Shown: positions 27,562 to 37,259 of the stretch, in pieces
How the letters are laid out: the number at the start of each line of letters is the position of its first letter
Numbering within the stretch: position 1 is the stretch's first letter
Notes under the pieces: generated by a model
Told to the model about the DNA's origin: nothing
The model's input: the letters and a program-made list of their open reading frames with translations, nothing else
Database searches by the model: none
DNA from: a virus
Length of the DNA stretch: 64,000 bases
Virus record (IMG/VR): IMGVR_UViG_3300031088_000737
Span: 64,001 to 128,000 of that record
Reading direction: 5' to 3' (one strand)
Program-made: the position numbers and the translations under genes

Positions 27562-28089
27562 TTATCTCAAATTATCATTTTTCAATGTCTTTTTAACTTC
27601 TTTTAGTACATTGGATTGATGAGCGGGTGGATTTTTTATACTGTCGTCTACTATTGTTTTTATTTTGTTAAAGGTATCGCCTATGTCTAAATCTTCTAAT
27701 TTTTTCAAAAAATCATTACCATGTTTTTCATTATGTTTTGATTGCATTGTTTTTTCAAGATTTTTATCATTTTCAAGGTTTTCTTTAGCCCTATGGTTAA
27801 GATATGAAAGCATACCAGCACCAACGGCAAGGCCAACTGGTAAGATCGCTCCTAATGCACCGCCAGCTCCTATATTTTGAAGATAAAGCTTACCTAATAG
27901 CATACCAGTAGGAATGGTCGCCATGCCTGTTAAAAATGTGCTTAAAACAAGATTGTTAGAGAGTTCATTACGATTATCAATTTTTGTATCAACTGATTTG
28001 TAGTTTTTCATTTTTGTTGAAAAGTCTTCAACAAGTTCATTCACTTTATTTAAAAGAACATCTGAATTTTTATTTATGAAAAGCGTCAT
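27562..28089 (-). CDS. Two-TM hypothetical protein, family G
   Basis: Paralog of 28152..28676 (AIP.GM..G, GA..GAI.P.GL, QSKHNE..G.DFL.KL). Confidence 0.8.
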   Translation of the reverse strand: MTLFINKNSDVLLNKVNELVEDFSTKMKNYKSVDTKIDNRNELSNNLVLSTFLTGMATIPTGMLLGKLYLQNIGAGGALGAILPVGLAVGAGMLSYLNHRAKENLENDKNLEKTMQSKHNEKHGNDFLKKLEDLDIGDTFNKIKTIVDDSIKNPPAHQSNVLKEVKKTLKNDNLR

Positions 28090-28151
28090 GTGTTTATTAT
28101 ATAGTTGTTATTAATATATTATCATACTCTTGAAAAATAGAAATATATGCA

Positions 28152-28676
28152 TTAAAGTTTATTTTTTTTAAGCACTTCTCTAACTTCATTACCCACATCT
28201 TCCTGAAATTTAGGTGGATTTTTAATACTTTCATCAACAACTGCTTTTATTTCTTTAAAGGCATCATCAAGATTGAATTCGCTAAGTTTTTCTAAGAAAT
28301 CTTTTCCCACTACTTCATTGTGCTTGGATTGTAATGATTTATCTAAAGAATCACTGATAGCTAATTGCTGGGTGTCTTTACGATTTAAGTATGAAATCAA
28401 CCCAGAACCTAAGCCAAGACCAGCAGGGATTATTGCTCCTATTGTTGCACCGCCTGTTAAACTGTCCAAATAGGCTGATCCTATCCACATTCCAATAGGG
28501 ATAGCCGCAATAATAGACGCTGCAGCTCCACTTAATAGTTCTTCTGCAACTTCTTCACGATCTTCTATCTTTTCTGCTATTGATACATAATTTATTAAAT
28601 TTTCAGTGTAATCATCGACTAAACCATGAAGTTCATTCGACAGTTCTTCTGATATGCTTTGTTTGAATAGTGCCAT
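28152..28676 (-). CDS. Two-TM hypothetical protein, family G
   Basis: Paralog of 27562..28089. Confidence 0.8.
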   Translation of the reverse strand: MALFKQSISEELSNELHGLVDDYTENLINYVSIAEKIEDREEVAEELLSGAAASIIAAIPIGMWIGSAYLDSLTGGATIGAIIPAGLGLGSGLISYLNRKDTQQLAISDSLDKSLQSKHNEVVGKDFLEKLSEFNLDDAFKEIKAVVDESIKNPPKFQEDVGNEVREVLKKNKL

Positions 28677-28819
28677 GTTGATATATTTTAATTATTATAA
28701 TAATTGTAACATGTTTTAATTGCTTGTGAATAAGTTTTAAAAAAAATATACGTTGTAATTCTTTTCAGGTTGCATTAAAAAACCCTCAATTGAGGGCTTT
28801 TAATTTATTTTTTTCTTTT

Positions 28820-29278
28820 TTAAGCGGTTTTAATGTAAGAATTGATACTGACATCAATAATTTTATCTACGTTAATAGAGGCAACCAGTTTTTTATCAGT
28901 AAAATGTTTATTAGCTTCAAATAACTCTTCTTTTATAATGTGTTTGGCTACTGTTTTTTTGTTCACTGATTTGGATAGTCTTTGTCTTTTCAAGTTGATT
29001 TGGAGTATCCAATCAATGAGTTTGAAATAGCATTTTTTTACATCTATCGTATTATTGAATTCGTTGACGAACAATTTAAAACAATTAGCATCAACTTCAC
29101 TGATTTGTTCTTTTATAAGTTTTATTGCATAACCTTCGTTTTTAACATTCGCATTGACGTGACCTTTAACAAATTCAATAACCTTTAACCAGTTATCTTC
29201 TTTAATTTTTAAGTCATAGATTATTTTAGCACTTAATGTAATCAATACGTTGTATGGGTTTTCAATTAGTTTAGACAT
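28820..29278 (-). CDS. Hypothetical protein
   Basis: 152-aa ORF, AAGGTG RBS, downstream hairpin AAAAACCCTCAATTGAGGGCTTTT. Confidence 0.7.
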   Translation of the reverse strand: MSKLIENPYNVLITLSAKIIYDLKIKEDNWLKVIEFVKGHVNANVKNEGYAIKLIKEQISEVDANCFKLFVNEFNNTIDVKKCYFKLIDWILQINLKRQRLSKSVNKKTVAKHIIKEELFEANKHFTDKKLVASINVDKIIDVSINSYIKTA

Positions 29279-29335
29279 ATTATCACCTTGTTATACTAAT
29301 ATTATACAATAAAAATTATATTAATAAAGTGCCAC

Positions 29336-29617
29336 TTAGAAGTATTCTGCGTTCATGTTGTCGTTCACTTTTTTCACAAACTCATCAACATTAATGAAAA
29401 TCTTTTTAACAAGCTCTTTGTTGTCTTTAACAAATTCAGCATTTTCTTCAATCACTAATTCAACCACTGTATTGATGTAAAAATTCAAAAGTTCTTCTAA
29501 TTTCAAGAGTTCTTCCAAATCGGATTTTAATAAGGCGTCTCTGTCCAAACCATCAAATTTTTCTTTTATTGCAAGTAGTTTAACAGATAAATCATTTACT
29601 TTTTCTAAAAATGTCAT
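29336..29617 (-). CDS. Small helical hypothetical protein
   Basis: 93-aa ORF with GGAG RBS. Confidence 0.7.
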   Translation of the reverse strand: MTFLEKVNDLSVKLLAIKEKFDGLDRDALLKSDLEELLKLEELLNFYINTVVELVIEENAEFVKDNKELVKKIFINVDEFVKKVNDNMNAEYF

Positions 29618-29854
29618 ATTTTAATCTCCAAGATTTTTAATGTTATTCTATAAACTAATATCATAATTTATACAAAAAGGAAGACAGTGACAGTGTTTAT
29701 TATTATATTTTTTAATCATTATAATATATGACGCCATTCAACTGACGTTACTTATTGTTTGTCTATCATGTCTCATTTTACGAAGTATTTCGTCTATTAT
29801 TATTCAATATTGTGAAAGTTGGCACGTATTTTGGGGGTATGTTGAAGAATGCTT

Positions 29855-29872
29855 TGTAAGCTTCCTCTTACA
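29855..29872. promoter_or_regulatory. GacA/UvrY-type upstream activating box
   Basis: TGTAAG-CTTCCT-CTTACA, an exact match to the TGTAAG-N6-CTTACA consensus found upstream of rsm/csr sRNA genes. Confidence 0.7.
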
Positions 29873-30124
29873 AGACTTGTAGCCGATTATTAGTAGAACC
29901 TTAAATTGAAATCATGCAGAATGCCGAAATATTAAAAAAAAATATTGCAAAAAACCATAAATATTTAATATTCGATGATAAATATTTTTATATTATATGA
30001 TTTTGCTTTCAACTCAAGGACTTATTGAAATATAATAACAACTTTATTTATGAAAAAATGATAAAAAAAATGGAGTTATTCCTTTGGCGTCAATAAAAAA
30101 CCATGCAAAATACTATAAATCTAG

Positions 30125-30152
30125 TTGACATAAAATAAAATACTGTTAGTAT
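30125..30152 (+). promoter_or_regulatory. sigma70 promoter of the GGA-rich sRNA
   Basis: TTGACA-16 nt-TAGTAT with an extended -10 TGn. Confidence 0.7.
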
Positions 30153-30158
30153 GTAATT

Positions 30159-30469
30159 GTCAGCAAGGAAACAACAATAATAACTGCATAAAAAATGATT
30201 TTGAGTGTGGGCTGATGATGTAATGGACGACAATAAAAAAGGAATAGTGACTCAAGGATGTAAGCGTATCAGGATGATGATTTAAGGATATAGGGTTATA
30301 TCAGGACGATAGGGAATCACTCAATAAAGGACTGTTACAAGGAAAAGGAAGAAGAATTAGAATGCACGATGGAATATGTTCTAGTTTATGTACACGGAGT
30401 GTTAATTTGTTTTAATGGATGTAAAAACCAAAGGAATGATAAGAGAGTCGAAAGGCTCTCTTTTTTTTT
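30159..30469 (+). ncRNA. CsrB/RsmB/RsmY-like CsrA(RsmA)-sequestering sRNA (about 310 nt)
   Basis: 15 GGA motifs counted in 30167-30435 and none seen on the opposite strand. Several sit in short stem-loops (ATC-AGGAT-GAT, TATC-AGGAC-GATA, GAT-AGGGA-ATC, TAC-ACGGA-GTG). No long ORF. Ends in terminator AAGAGAGTC-GAAA-GGCTCTCTT-T-run. Confidence 0.82.
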
Positions 30470-30510
30470 CTTCAATTTTTGTGGTATACTGAAAAGAAAA
30501 CGAGATCAGT

Positions 30511-31143
30511 ATGATAAATGAATTAAAAGAAAAGTATAACGCCATTGCTGTATTCCCTTATGGCTCCAATGTCTATAAAAATAAAACGCCTGAAGATTTT
30601 GATTTTATTATTGTCAGTGATAAGCCTTATTTCCAAGAACAATTTGAACAAGACAATATAAAATATGAAATCAGTAATTATAGCAAAGAAGAGTTCTTAG
30701 AACGTCTGAAAGAACATGAAATCTCCGTTCTGGAATGTTTGTATATTCCACATAAAGAAAAATACCTCTCACCCGCACTCAGTCGTGAAATAGAAGGGTT
30801 TACTTTGGATAAAGAAAAATTAAGAGAAAGCTGCTCACAAAAAAGTTCAAACAGTTATGTGAAAGCTAAGAAGAAATTGATTATTGAAGAAGATTTTAAT
30901 TTAAGTGTGTCTTACAAGTCATTGTGGCATTCTCTTCGTATCCTAGATTTTGGTCTACAAATAGCTAAAACTAATAAAATCAATCCAGAAAGTTGCAATG
31001 AATTATATGACCAAGTGATTAAAGACTATCTTATCATGAAAAATGATTGGTCTAAACTTCACGAGAAGTATAAACCACTTCATAACAAGATAGCTTCTGA
31101 ATTTAAACAGGAATGTCCTAAAAAGATTCACAAATGTATGTAA
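30511..31143 (+). CDS. Pol-beta superfamily nucleotidyltransferase-like protein (phage type)
   Basis: YGSNVY...EDFDFIIV motif; C-terminal helical region KAKKKL...KSLWHSLRIL.FG.QI. Confidence 0.7.
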   Translation: MINELKEKYNAIAVFPYGSNVYKNKTPEDFDFIIVSDKPYFQEQFEQDNIKYEISNYSKEEFLERLKEHEISVLECLYIPHKEKYLSPALSREIEGFTLDKEKLRESCSQKSSNSYVKAKKKLIIEEDFNLSVSYKSLWHSLRILDFGLQIAKTNKINPESCNELYDQVIKDYLIMKNDWSKLHEKYKPLHNKIASEFKQECPKKIHKCM

Positions 31144-31786
31144 AGGTTGCTAGAAATAGCAACAACATAAATCCTTCACCATCATAGGTATTATGATTAG
31201 CTACAGCAGTATCATAAAATTTATAAAACTTGTCCAATCTATCACCTACAATAGACTTAACAATGCTTTGGTTTCCTTTTTCAAAGCACTCTGCAATAGC
31301 AGCAATACAAAATTTGAGAGCCATTTTTCTATTAAGCCCTAAATTCATTAGTATTTCTTCGACTTCCATTACTTTTAAATCATATGGATTTATTTCAACA
31401 CCTGTTTCTTTATAATACATGTGCATAAATAATGTCACAGTCATTGAACAGTTTTCTAGAATAAAATATCTTTCAACTTCTGAGCTTATACAGTTTTTAT
31501 CATCCACCAGTTCATTGATCTCAAATAAGACAAGATCTCTGTATGGTGAAGATGAATTGTCAACATAATCGTTTAGATAGTTATATAAAGTCGCCATGTG
31601 GTTGTCTGGATTGGCTGAGTTATGAAATCTTTCTCTCAACTTTCTTTCAATGTTATAGATAAACATTCTTTGGTTTAAAATATTAGCAGCAAACATTTCA
31701 ATGTTATCATTGGAAAAAGTATCTTTAAATGCCTCTTCCATTCGATGTAGGTCTGCTACATAATTATTCAATGCGACTTGAGTCAT
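31118..31786 (-). CDS. Hypothetical protein
   Basis: AAGGAG RBS gives start MTQVALNN at 31786; 3' end overlaps the convergent gene. Confidence 0.7.
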   Translation of the reverse strand: MTQVALNNYVADLHRMEEAFKDTFSNDNIEMFAANILNQRMFIYNIERKLRERFHNSANPDNHMATLYNYLNDYVDNSSSPYRDLVLFEINELVDDKNCISSEVERYFILENCSMTVTLFMHMYYKETGVEINPYDLKVMEVEEILMNLGLNRKMALKFCIAAIAECFEKGNQSIVKSIVGDRLDKFYKFYDTAVANHNTYDGEGFMLLLFLATFTYICESF

Positions 31787-31907
31787 ACACTCTCCTTTTT
31801 CACCAATTATATAAAATAAACGAAATAAAGTCAACAAAAAAACTTTTTAAAAATTGATTACTATGCTATAATAATCATATTAACGTACATACAGGAAATT
31901 TATTATA

Positions 31908-34259
31908 ATGAGAACAGTTTACTTTTTATCAGCGATGCCGGGAACTGGTAAATCAACTTTTATTAGAGAACATGGTTTAGATGCTCATAGCTTGTCTTTG
32001 GATGCTATTCGTCATATTTATGCAGGAGCTGCCACAGATATGGATGGTCGCCTTATATTATCTAACAATCGAGAGGATTTAGTTTTTGGTAAATTTATGG
32101 AAGCCTTTGAACTGAGACTTCAAATGGGTGGTGTTCTCTTTATTGATAACCTTAATCAAGACCAAAAAGCAATTGACTCTTACATGGATCTTTTGAAAAA
32201 ATTTGATTATGATTACCGTGTGGTTCAATTCCCATTGCAGCCTATTGAGTTTTATTATGCTCGTAACGATCAACGTGAACCTTATAAAAGATTGCCAAAA
32301 GATGCGATTGATAGAAATTATGTGTTATTTCAGAATGCGTCATTTGATGATATGACAAAAATTATTACACCTGATGATGCGATTAAATTTGTTAAAGCTT
32401 CACCAGAAGACTTAATGATTGATTTAAGTGGATATAATAAGATTCATTACATTGGTGATCTTCAAGGTTCCTTTTATCCATTAAAAAAGTATTTTGAACA
32501 AGAAGGTGGTTTCAAAAAGAATGAATTCTATATCTTTGTAGGTGATTATATTGATCGTGGAATTGAAAATGATAAGTGTCTACACTTTTTAAGAAAGTAT
32601 ATGGGTTATGATAACATTGTATTTCTTATGGGTAACCATGAGAAGCATTTGTATAACTACAGTAATGATATCTATACACCACCTGATGAATTCATGAAGA
32701 AGACCTTGCCACAGCTTGAAAAAGCAGGTTTTACAAAAGAAGACATGAAAGAATTGTATCGTAAAATGCAATTGTTTAGCTTTATTCAATACAATGGACA
32801 AAAAATCATGACCACACATGCTGGTTTGACGGCTATCCCTGAGTTTCCACGTCTCTTGTCTGATGATGAATACATGCGTGGTTATGGTCCATACAGCTAT
32901 GATGTTGATGGTAAGTTTAATGAACAAAACAAAGACAATGAATGGTATCAAGTTCATGGTCATAGAAACCAACATAAACTAGATTTCAACAGTTATCCTA
33001 AAAGTTTTGCATTAGAAGCTGATGTTGAATATGGTGGTAGTTTGCCTGTATTGAGAGTCAGCCGTGAAGGTTTCAATGGTGTCTACATTACCAATAAAGT
33101 GTTTAATAAAGAAGAAGTCCTTAAAATGGAAAAAGCATCTGGCATGTTTGGTGTTGGTGAACCAGAAGGTGCTCTTGCTCATTTCTTAAACCGTAAAGTA
33201 GATGGTCACAAAAGTGGTGTTGAATTACTTCAAGAGTTGAGAAACAATAAGTTGTTGGTAGAAACTGTTTCTATTTCAAAGCCACATTTATCTACATTTA
33301 ATTTTAGCCATGATGTTGCTGACGCTAATATCCAAAAATCATCTGTTAAAATTCGTGGGCTTGTAGTGAATAACAAGACAGGTGATATCGTCACTCGTGG
33401 GTTTGATAAGTTTTATGCATTGAATGAAAAAGATGTTGCTGCTAATACATTAGAAGCTATTAAGGCAAAAGAAACGGGGGCTTTAAATGTATTTGAACAG
33501 GAAGATGGTCGTTTAGCCATGATTGGATATGACGTTGAAAATACTTCATTAGTGTTTACATCTAAACACGGAATTGATACTGCAGAAGCGGAGTCCTTTA
33601 AACAATTGATTTTGAGTAATCTTAAATCAAGTGAGCTTGAATTTATGAAAGTGTTTGCAAACAAACACAATGTTAACTATATTTTTGAAGTCATTGATCC
33701 AAAGAATGATTCAAACATCATTAAACCAGAGAATAGTTCTATTGTATTATTAGCAGTCGTAAAACGTGATGTTGTGCTATCACAATTAACATACGAAAAC
33801 TTAGAAGCCTTTGCTGGTCATTTTGAATCGCTTGAAGCTAAGAAAAAATTTGTAAGCTTTAACAACTTTGAAGGTTTTGAAAAATTCTGTAATGCCCTCA
33901 GTAATGAATCAGCATTCAAAACAAAAAGGCAAATGGAAGGATTTGTAGTAGAAGGAGCTGGTATGTTTATGGTTAAATTGCCTTACTATCAATTCTGGAA
34001 GTCAATGAGTGATTGCGTAAACCAAATCAATGTGGATGCTGTTAAAGGTGTTAAAACTGATCTCCCTGCTTTAGTAGAAGCATTAAATATCAAGTCAGAT
34101 GACAAGCCTAATGCGATTGAATTTTTGGAAAGTGTTAGAAGAATGTCGAAAGAAGAACGTGAATTAGATCTTGTGTCATTGAGAGAAAAGTTTTTGAGTT
34201 CAAGACCTGATCTTTCAGTTGTAGTAAAACCAAGAAAAAATAGGAACTCACCAAGTTAA
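31908..34259 (+). CDS. Pnkp-like RNA end-healing protein: P-loop polynucleotide kinase + metallophosphoesterase + Rnl-like ligase domain (degenerate)
   Basis: MPGTGKST Walker A; IGDLQG, GDYIDRG, GNHE, HAG, HGH; ligase-like RGFDKF, EQEDG, FEVID, EGFVV. Confidence 0.88.
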   Translation: MRTVYFLSAMPGTGKSTFIREHGLDAHSLSLDAIRHIYAGAATDMDGRLILSNNREDLVFGKFMEAFELRLQMGGVLFIDNLNQDQKAIDSYMDLLKKFDYDYRVVQFPLQPIEFYYARNDQREPYKRLPKDAIDRNYVLFQNASFDDMTKIITPDDAIKFVKASPEDLMIDLSGYNKIHYIGDLQGSFYPLKKYFEQEGGFKKNEFYIFVGDYIDRGIENDKCLHFLRKYMGYDNIVFLMGNHEKHLYNYSNDIYTPPDEFMKKTLPQLEKAGFTKEDMKELYRKMQLFSFIQYNGQKIMTTHAGLTAIPEFPRLLSDDEYMRGYGPYSYDVDGKFNEQNKDNEWYQVHGHRNQHKLDFNSYPKSFALEADVEYGGSLPVLRVSREGFNGVYITNKVFNKEEVLKMEKASGMFGVGEPEGALAHFLNRKVDGHKSGVELLQELRNNKLLVETVSISKPHLSTFNFSHDVADANIQKSSVKIRGLVVNNKTGDIVTRGFDKFYALNEKDVAANTLEAIKAKETGALNVFEQEDGRLAMIGYDVENTSLVFTSKHGIDTAEAESFKQLILSNLKSSELEFMKVFANKHNVNYIFEVIDPKNDSNIIKPENSSIVLLAVVKRDVVLSQLTYENLEAFAGHFESLEAKKKFVSFNNFEGFEKFCNALSNESAFKTKRQMEGFVVEGAGMFMVKLPYYQFWKSMSDCVNQINVDAVKGVKTDLPALVEALNIKSDDKPNAIEFLESVRRMSKEERELDLVSLREKFLSSRPDLSVVVKPRKNRNSPS

Positions 34260-34276
34260 CTAAAATCTTGAAATGA

Positions 34277-34304
34277 AAATACTCCTACGGGGGTATTTTT
34301 TTTT
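34277..34304 (+). terminator. Intrinsic terminator after the Pnkp-like gene
   Basis: AAAATACTCC-TACG-GGGGTATTTT plus T-run. Confidence 0.75.
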
Positions 34305-34308
34305 GGAC

Positions 34309-34392
34309 AAAAAAAAGCTCATAAGTCGGATTGGGGGATAACTTATGAGCCAGTACAGTGGGTATATAACATTATTATTATTATTTGGGGGA
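34309..34392 (-). ncRNA. Candidate sRNA (about 85 nt) with two UCCCCCAA motifs and an (AAU)n tract
   Basis: Starts about 7 nt after a near-consensus promoter. Ends in a 10-bp stem GCTCATAAGT/ACTTATGAGC with a T8 tail. No usable start codon in the predicted transcript. Confidence 0.65.
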
Positions 34393-34397
34393 CGCTC

Positions 34398-34426
34398 ATT
34401 ATAGCTAAACGATACACAAAGGTCAA
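34398..34426 (-). promoter_or_regulatory. sigma70 promoter of the candidate sRNA
   Basis: TTGACC-17 nt-TATAAT. Confidence 0.75.
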
Positions 34427-34616
34427 GCATATTTAAACATATTTTTTACTTAATTTTCTTGACCATATGGTCCAGTACTAGAAAACACCTCTGGAAGCCT
34501 CTGTTTATCTAAGGTTATGATTTTATATAGTTTTTTTTTAAAAAAGAGCCTTTAAAAATTGACAAAATGATAATGTAAATATATAATAACAAGTATTATT
34601 CATTAAGGAGATAAAA

Positions 34617-35189
34617 ATGAAACAAGAAGTTGCTATTTGCAATAGCGTAGTAGACTTGGATGGTGTTAAGCAGAAACTAGCTAAAACCATTGCAAGACTT
34701 ATTGCTCATAAGAAACTAAAACAAAGAGAAGTTGAACAGCTTTTAAACATTAAACAGCCGCGTGTCAGTGATTTAGTAAATGGTAAAGTTGAGAAGTTTT
34801 CAATAGATTCTTTGTTGGAGTATTTAAACAAAATCGGTTATGTAATTGAGGGTTACCCGGCTGATGATGTTAACTATATCAACACAATTAAAACACGTTT
34901 GGTGACATCCATTGGTGAAATTATTGTTGCTAATAAATTCAAACAACGTCAAGTTCAAGAAATTCTTGATATTAAACAACCACGAGTGAGTGACTTGGTT
35001 AATAAAAAGATTGATAAATTTTCAGTCGATTCATTGATTGAATATTTTACCAAGATTGGTTATGTTTTTGAAGTGAACGTCATGGATTCAAGTAAAACGC
35101 CAGTGTCTATTCAATTTAAGACAGTGTGTAAAGAAATTAAGAAACCAAGAATGCCTAAAAAGCTTATCAAAGAGCATAAGGTTGCTTAA
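34617..35189 (+). CDS. Tandem XRE-type HTH (HigA/HTH_37-like) DNA-binding protein
   Basis: The unit KQR.V...L.IKQPRVSDLVN.K..KFS.DSL.EY..KIGYV occurs twice. Confidence 0.85.
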   Translation: MKQEVAICNSVVDLDGVKQKLAKTIARLIAHKKLKQREVEQLLNIKQPRVSDLVNGKVEKFSIDSLLEYLNKIGYVIEGYPADDVNYINTIKTRLVTSIGEIIVANKFKQRQVQEILDIKQPRVSDLVNKKIDKFSVDSLIEYFTKIGYVFEVNVMDSSKTPVSIQFKTVCKEIKKPRMPKKLIKEHKVA

Positions 35190-35234
35190 TCGTAATTGAT
35201 AGATGTAGAAAAAGGTCACTTCGGTGACCTTTTC

Positions 35235-35522
35235 TTATTCTATATCTATCTGGTTTAATCGGGCTGTTGTCACTTTTGCTCCTAATGTAAAGATACCAAT
35301 ATAATTAAGTGCTGCTCCCAATAAGAATACTGAGTCTAAATGCTCTTTTAGAATAATAATACAAACACAAGCATTTAAAAAACTAAGCAACACAATGGCG
35401 GCCATTTCAATATCGTAGACAGAACTCGTTACTATCAAATACTTGTATCTAAAATATTTGTAACATACGACACCAAAGATAAATAATGAAATACTGATTA
35501 AACCTATATGTATGTCTATCAT
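35235..35522 (-). CDS. Small membrane protein
   Basis: Three hydrophobic segments; GGAG RBS favours ATG 35522. Confidence 0.7.
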   Translation of the reverse strand: MIDIHIGLISISLFIFGVVCYKYFRYKYLIVTSSVYDIEMAAIVLLSFLNACVCIIILKEHLDSVFLLGAALNYIGIFTLGAKVTTARLNQIDIE

Positions 35523-35566
35523 GATAAGCTCCAAAAAAAGACAATACCGTAATATTGTCTTATGGT

Positions 35567-36211
35567 TTATTTACATTTTTCACAACCGCATTTTGATTCT
35601 CTGAGTTCTTTCCTTAAATCTTCTATTTCTTTGAGTAGGATATTATAAACATATTCACTTTCAACAGTAAGGCTGGGTGCATAATATCCATGTATTCTTT
35701 CTATTTCATAGGTGTCAGCCGCTAGTTTGATGACTTGCACTTTTGAACGGAGATCAGTTAACAATTCTAATCCATCTGTTAATCTGTAGTCGTTCACATA
35801 AAATACTCGTTTAATGCCACTTTGTATAATTCTTTTTGAACATTCTATACATGGAATATGCGTTACAAATAAAGAAGCGTTTTTAACACTCAGTGTGCTT
35901 TGTTCTGCTTTTGACATACAGTTAGCTTCACCATGTAATGTAATCGGGTTTGTTACATCTTGTCCCGGTAACTCACATATGTTATCAAAACCAGAAGGTG
36001 TTCCATTGTATCCCATTAACATTTCATTATTAGGCGTTACAATTAAAGCCCCAACTTTTAGTCGAGCACAATAAGATAAACGACTGGCTTGAAAAGCCAT
36101 CGCCATATAGGTTTGAATGAACTTCAAATCGTGATGCTTACCTAATTTTTCTATTTCTGTTTCTATTTCATTATTATCCAACAACTGGTTAAAATCGCCA
36201 TATCTTGACAT
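35567..36211 (-). CDS. dCMP deaminase (ComEB/Dcd family)
   Basis: S.C.R.KVGA, GYNGTPSG...C, HGEANC and PCIECSK zinc motifs. Confidence 0.9.
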   Translation of the reverse strand: MSRYGDFNQLLDNNEIETEIEKLGKHHDLKFIQTYMAMAFQASRLSYCARLKVGALIVTPNNEMLMGYNGTPSGFDNICELPGQDVTNPITLHGEANCMSKAEQSTLSVKNASLFVTHIPCIECSKRIIQSGIKRVFYVNDYRLTDGLELLTDLRSKVQVIKLAADTYEIERIHGYYAPSLTVESEYVYNILLKEIEDLRKELRESKCGCEKCK

Positions 36212-36362
36212 TAAAAAATCCTCTTTTTATAAACTTTACACACAAAAGAGTATCATTAATTATTGATAAATCAATGCTTGTCGTCTTTTTTTTAATAATC
36301 TTTTTTTTGACTTTTCGTTTTTTGATGTTAACTTATTTCCTATTATTCAAGAGGAAATATAA

Positions 36363-37109
36363 ATGAACAAACCGTATAAAAATATATCTGATACCAACAC
36401 TGCTTTTGGCAACCTATTTGGATCAAGCGTTACTGGGACTACTGTTACTAACTATGAAAAACTTTATAACCAAGCCAAGAACCTTTATGATGAACTTGAT
36501 GAATTACGTGATGATGGGTTCGCTCTTTTAATTAAAGATCCTACTGATAAAAAGGGGCGTAAAGAAGTGGTTGACGCTGTTGCTGATTTACTTGTATTCC
36601 TTTATGGTTTACCACACTTCTTAAACGTTCAGTATGTTGAAGCAGTAGCAAATCCACATATCGTAGAGTTTTTAGGTGAAATACCAACACCAGAATTGTA
36701 CACCACTGTCTATGATGATATTAAAAACCTCATTGACGCCGTTATTGAAAGTATTCAAGAGAAAGCAACAGCTTCAGAAATCATGGCTGAAATTGTTAGT
36801 TTAGATACTTATCTTATGTCATTGTCCGCTTTCTATAAAGTTGATGTACCTAAATTAGTTCAAAAAGTGACTGATAGTAACATGAGCAAATTGTGTTTGA
36901 ACGATGAGGATACTGCAGCAACATTGAAATACTATCGTGACAAAGGTGTTGATGTGTATTCAAAAGATTCTCCATTGATTCAATCTAATGGTAAACCATT
37001 CCAAGTTGTTTACTCATCATCGGAGCAAACAGTGGATGGTAAAGTATACAGAGCACACAAATTCTTGAAATGTGTTAACTGGTTTGAACCTGACCTCTCA
37101 GATATTTAA
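36363..37109 (+). CDS. All-alpha NTP pyrophosphohydrolase (MazG/PRA-PH-like, phage type)
   Basis: ELDELRD...EVVDAVADLLVFLYG and V.DSNMSK motifs. Confidence 0.75.
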   Translation: MNKPYKNISDTNTAFGNLFGSSVTGTTVTNYEKLYNQAKNLYDELDELRDDGFALLIKDPTDKKGRKEVVDAVADLLVFLYGLPHFLNVQYVEAVANPHIVEFLGEIPTPELYTTVYDDIKNLIDAVIESIQEKATASEIMAEIVSLDTYLMSLSAFYKVDVPKLVQKVTDSNMSKLCLNDEDTAATLKYYRDKGVDVYSKDSPLIQSNGKPFQVVYSSSEQTVDGKVYRAHKFLKCVNWFEPDLSDI

Positions 37110-37259
37110 TCATAGAATGTTTCAATAAATAAAGACGATAATTATCGTCTTTTTTATTTCTTATTTTATTGTTTATTTAGTAAAAATAAATATTTGTTTG
37201 TATATTGTATTCTATTTTAAACGATCTAAAATATAGGTAAGGACTAAAAGAGAATTATT

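Noticed and set aside
34343-34399. Minus-strand mini-ORF MSVPQIIIIMLYTHCTGS resembling an Ile leader peptide
   Set aside because: Its ATG overlaps the -10 box (TATAATG), so it lies upstream of the predicted start site. There is no RBS and no same-strand gene downstream. The sRNA interpretation fits better.
35567-36211. Possible TadA serving the A34 tRNAs
   Set aside because: Motifs (S.C.R.KVGA, GYNGTPSG, HGEAN) fit dCMP deaminase/ComEB rather than TadA.
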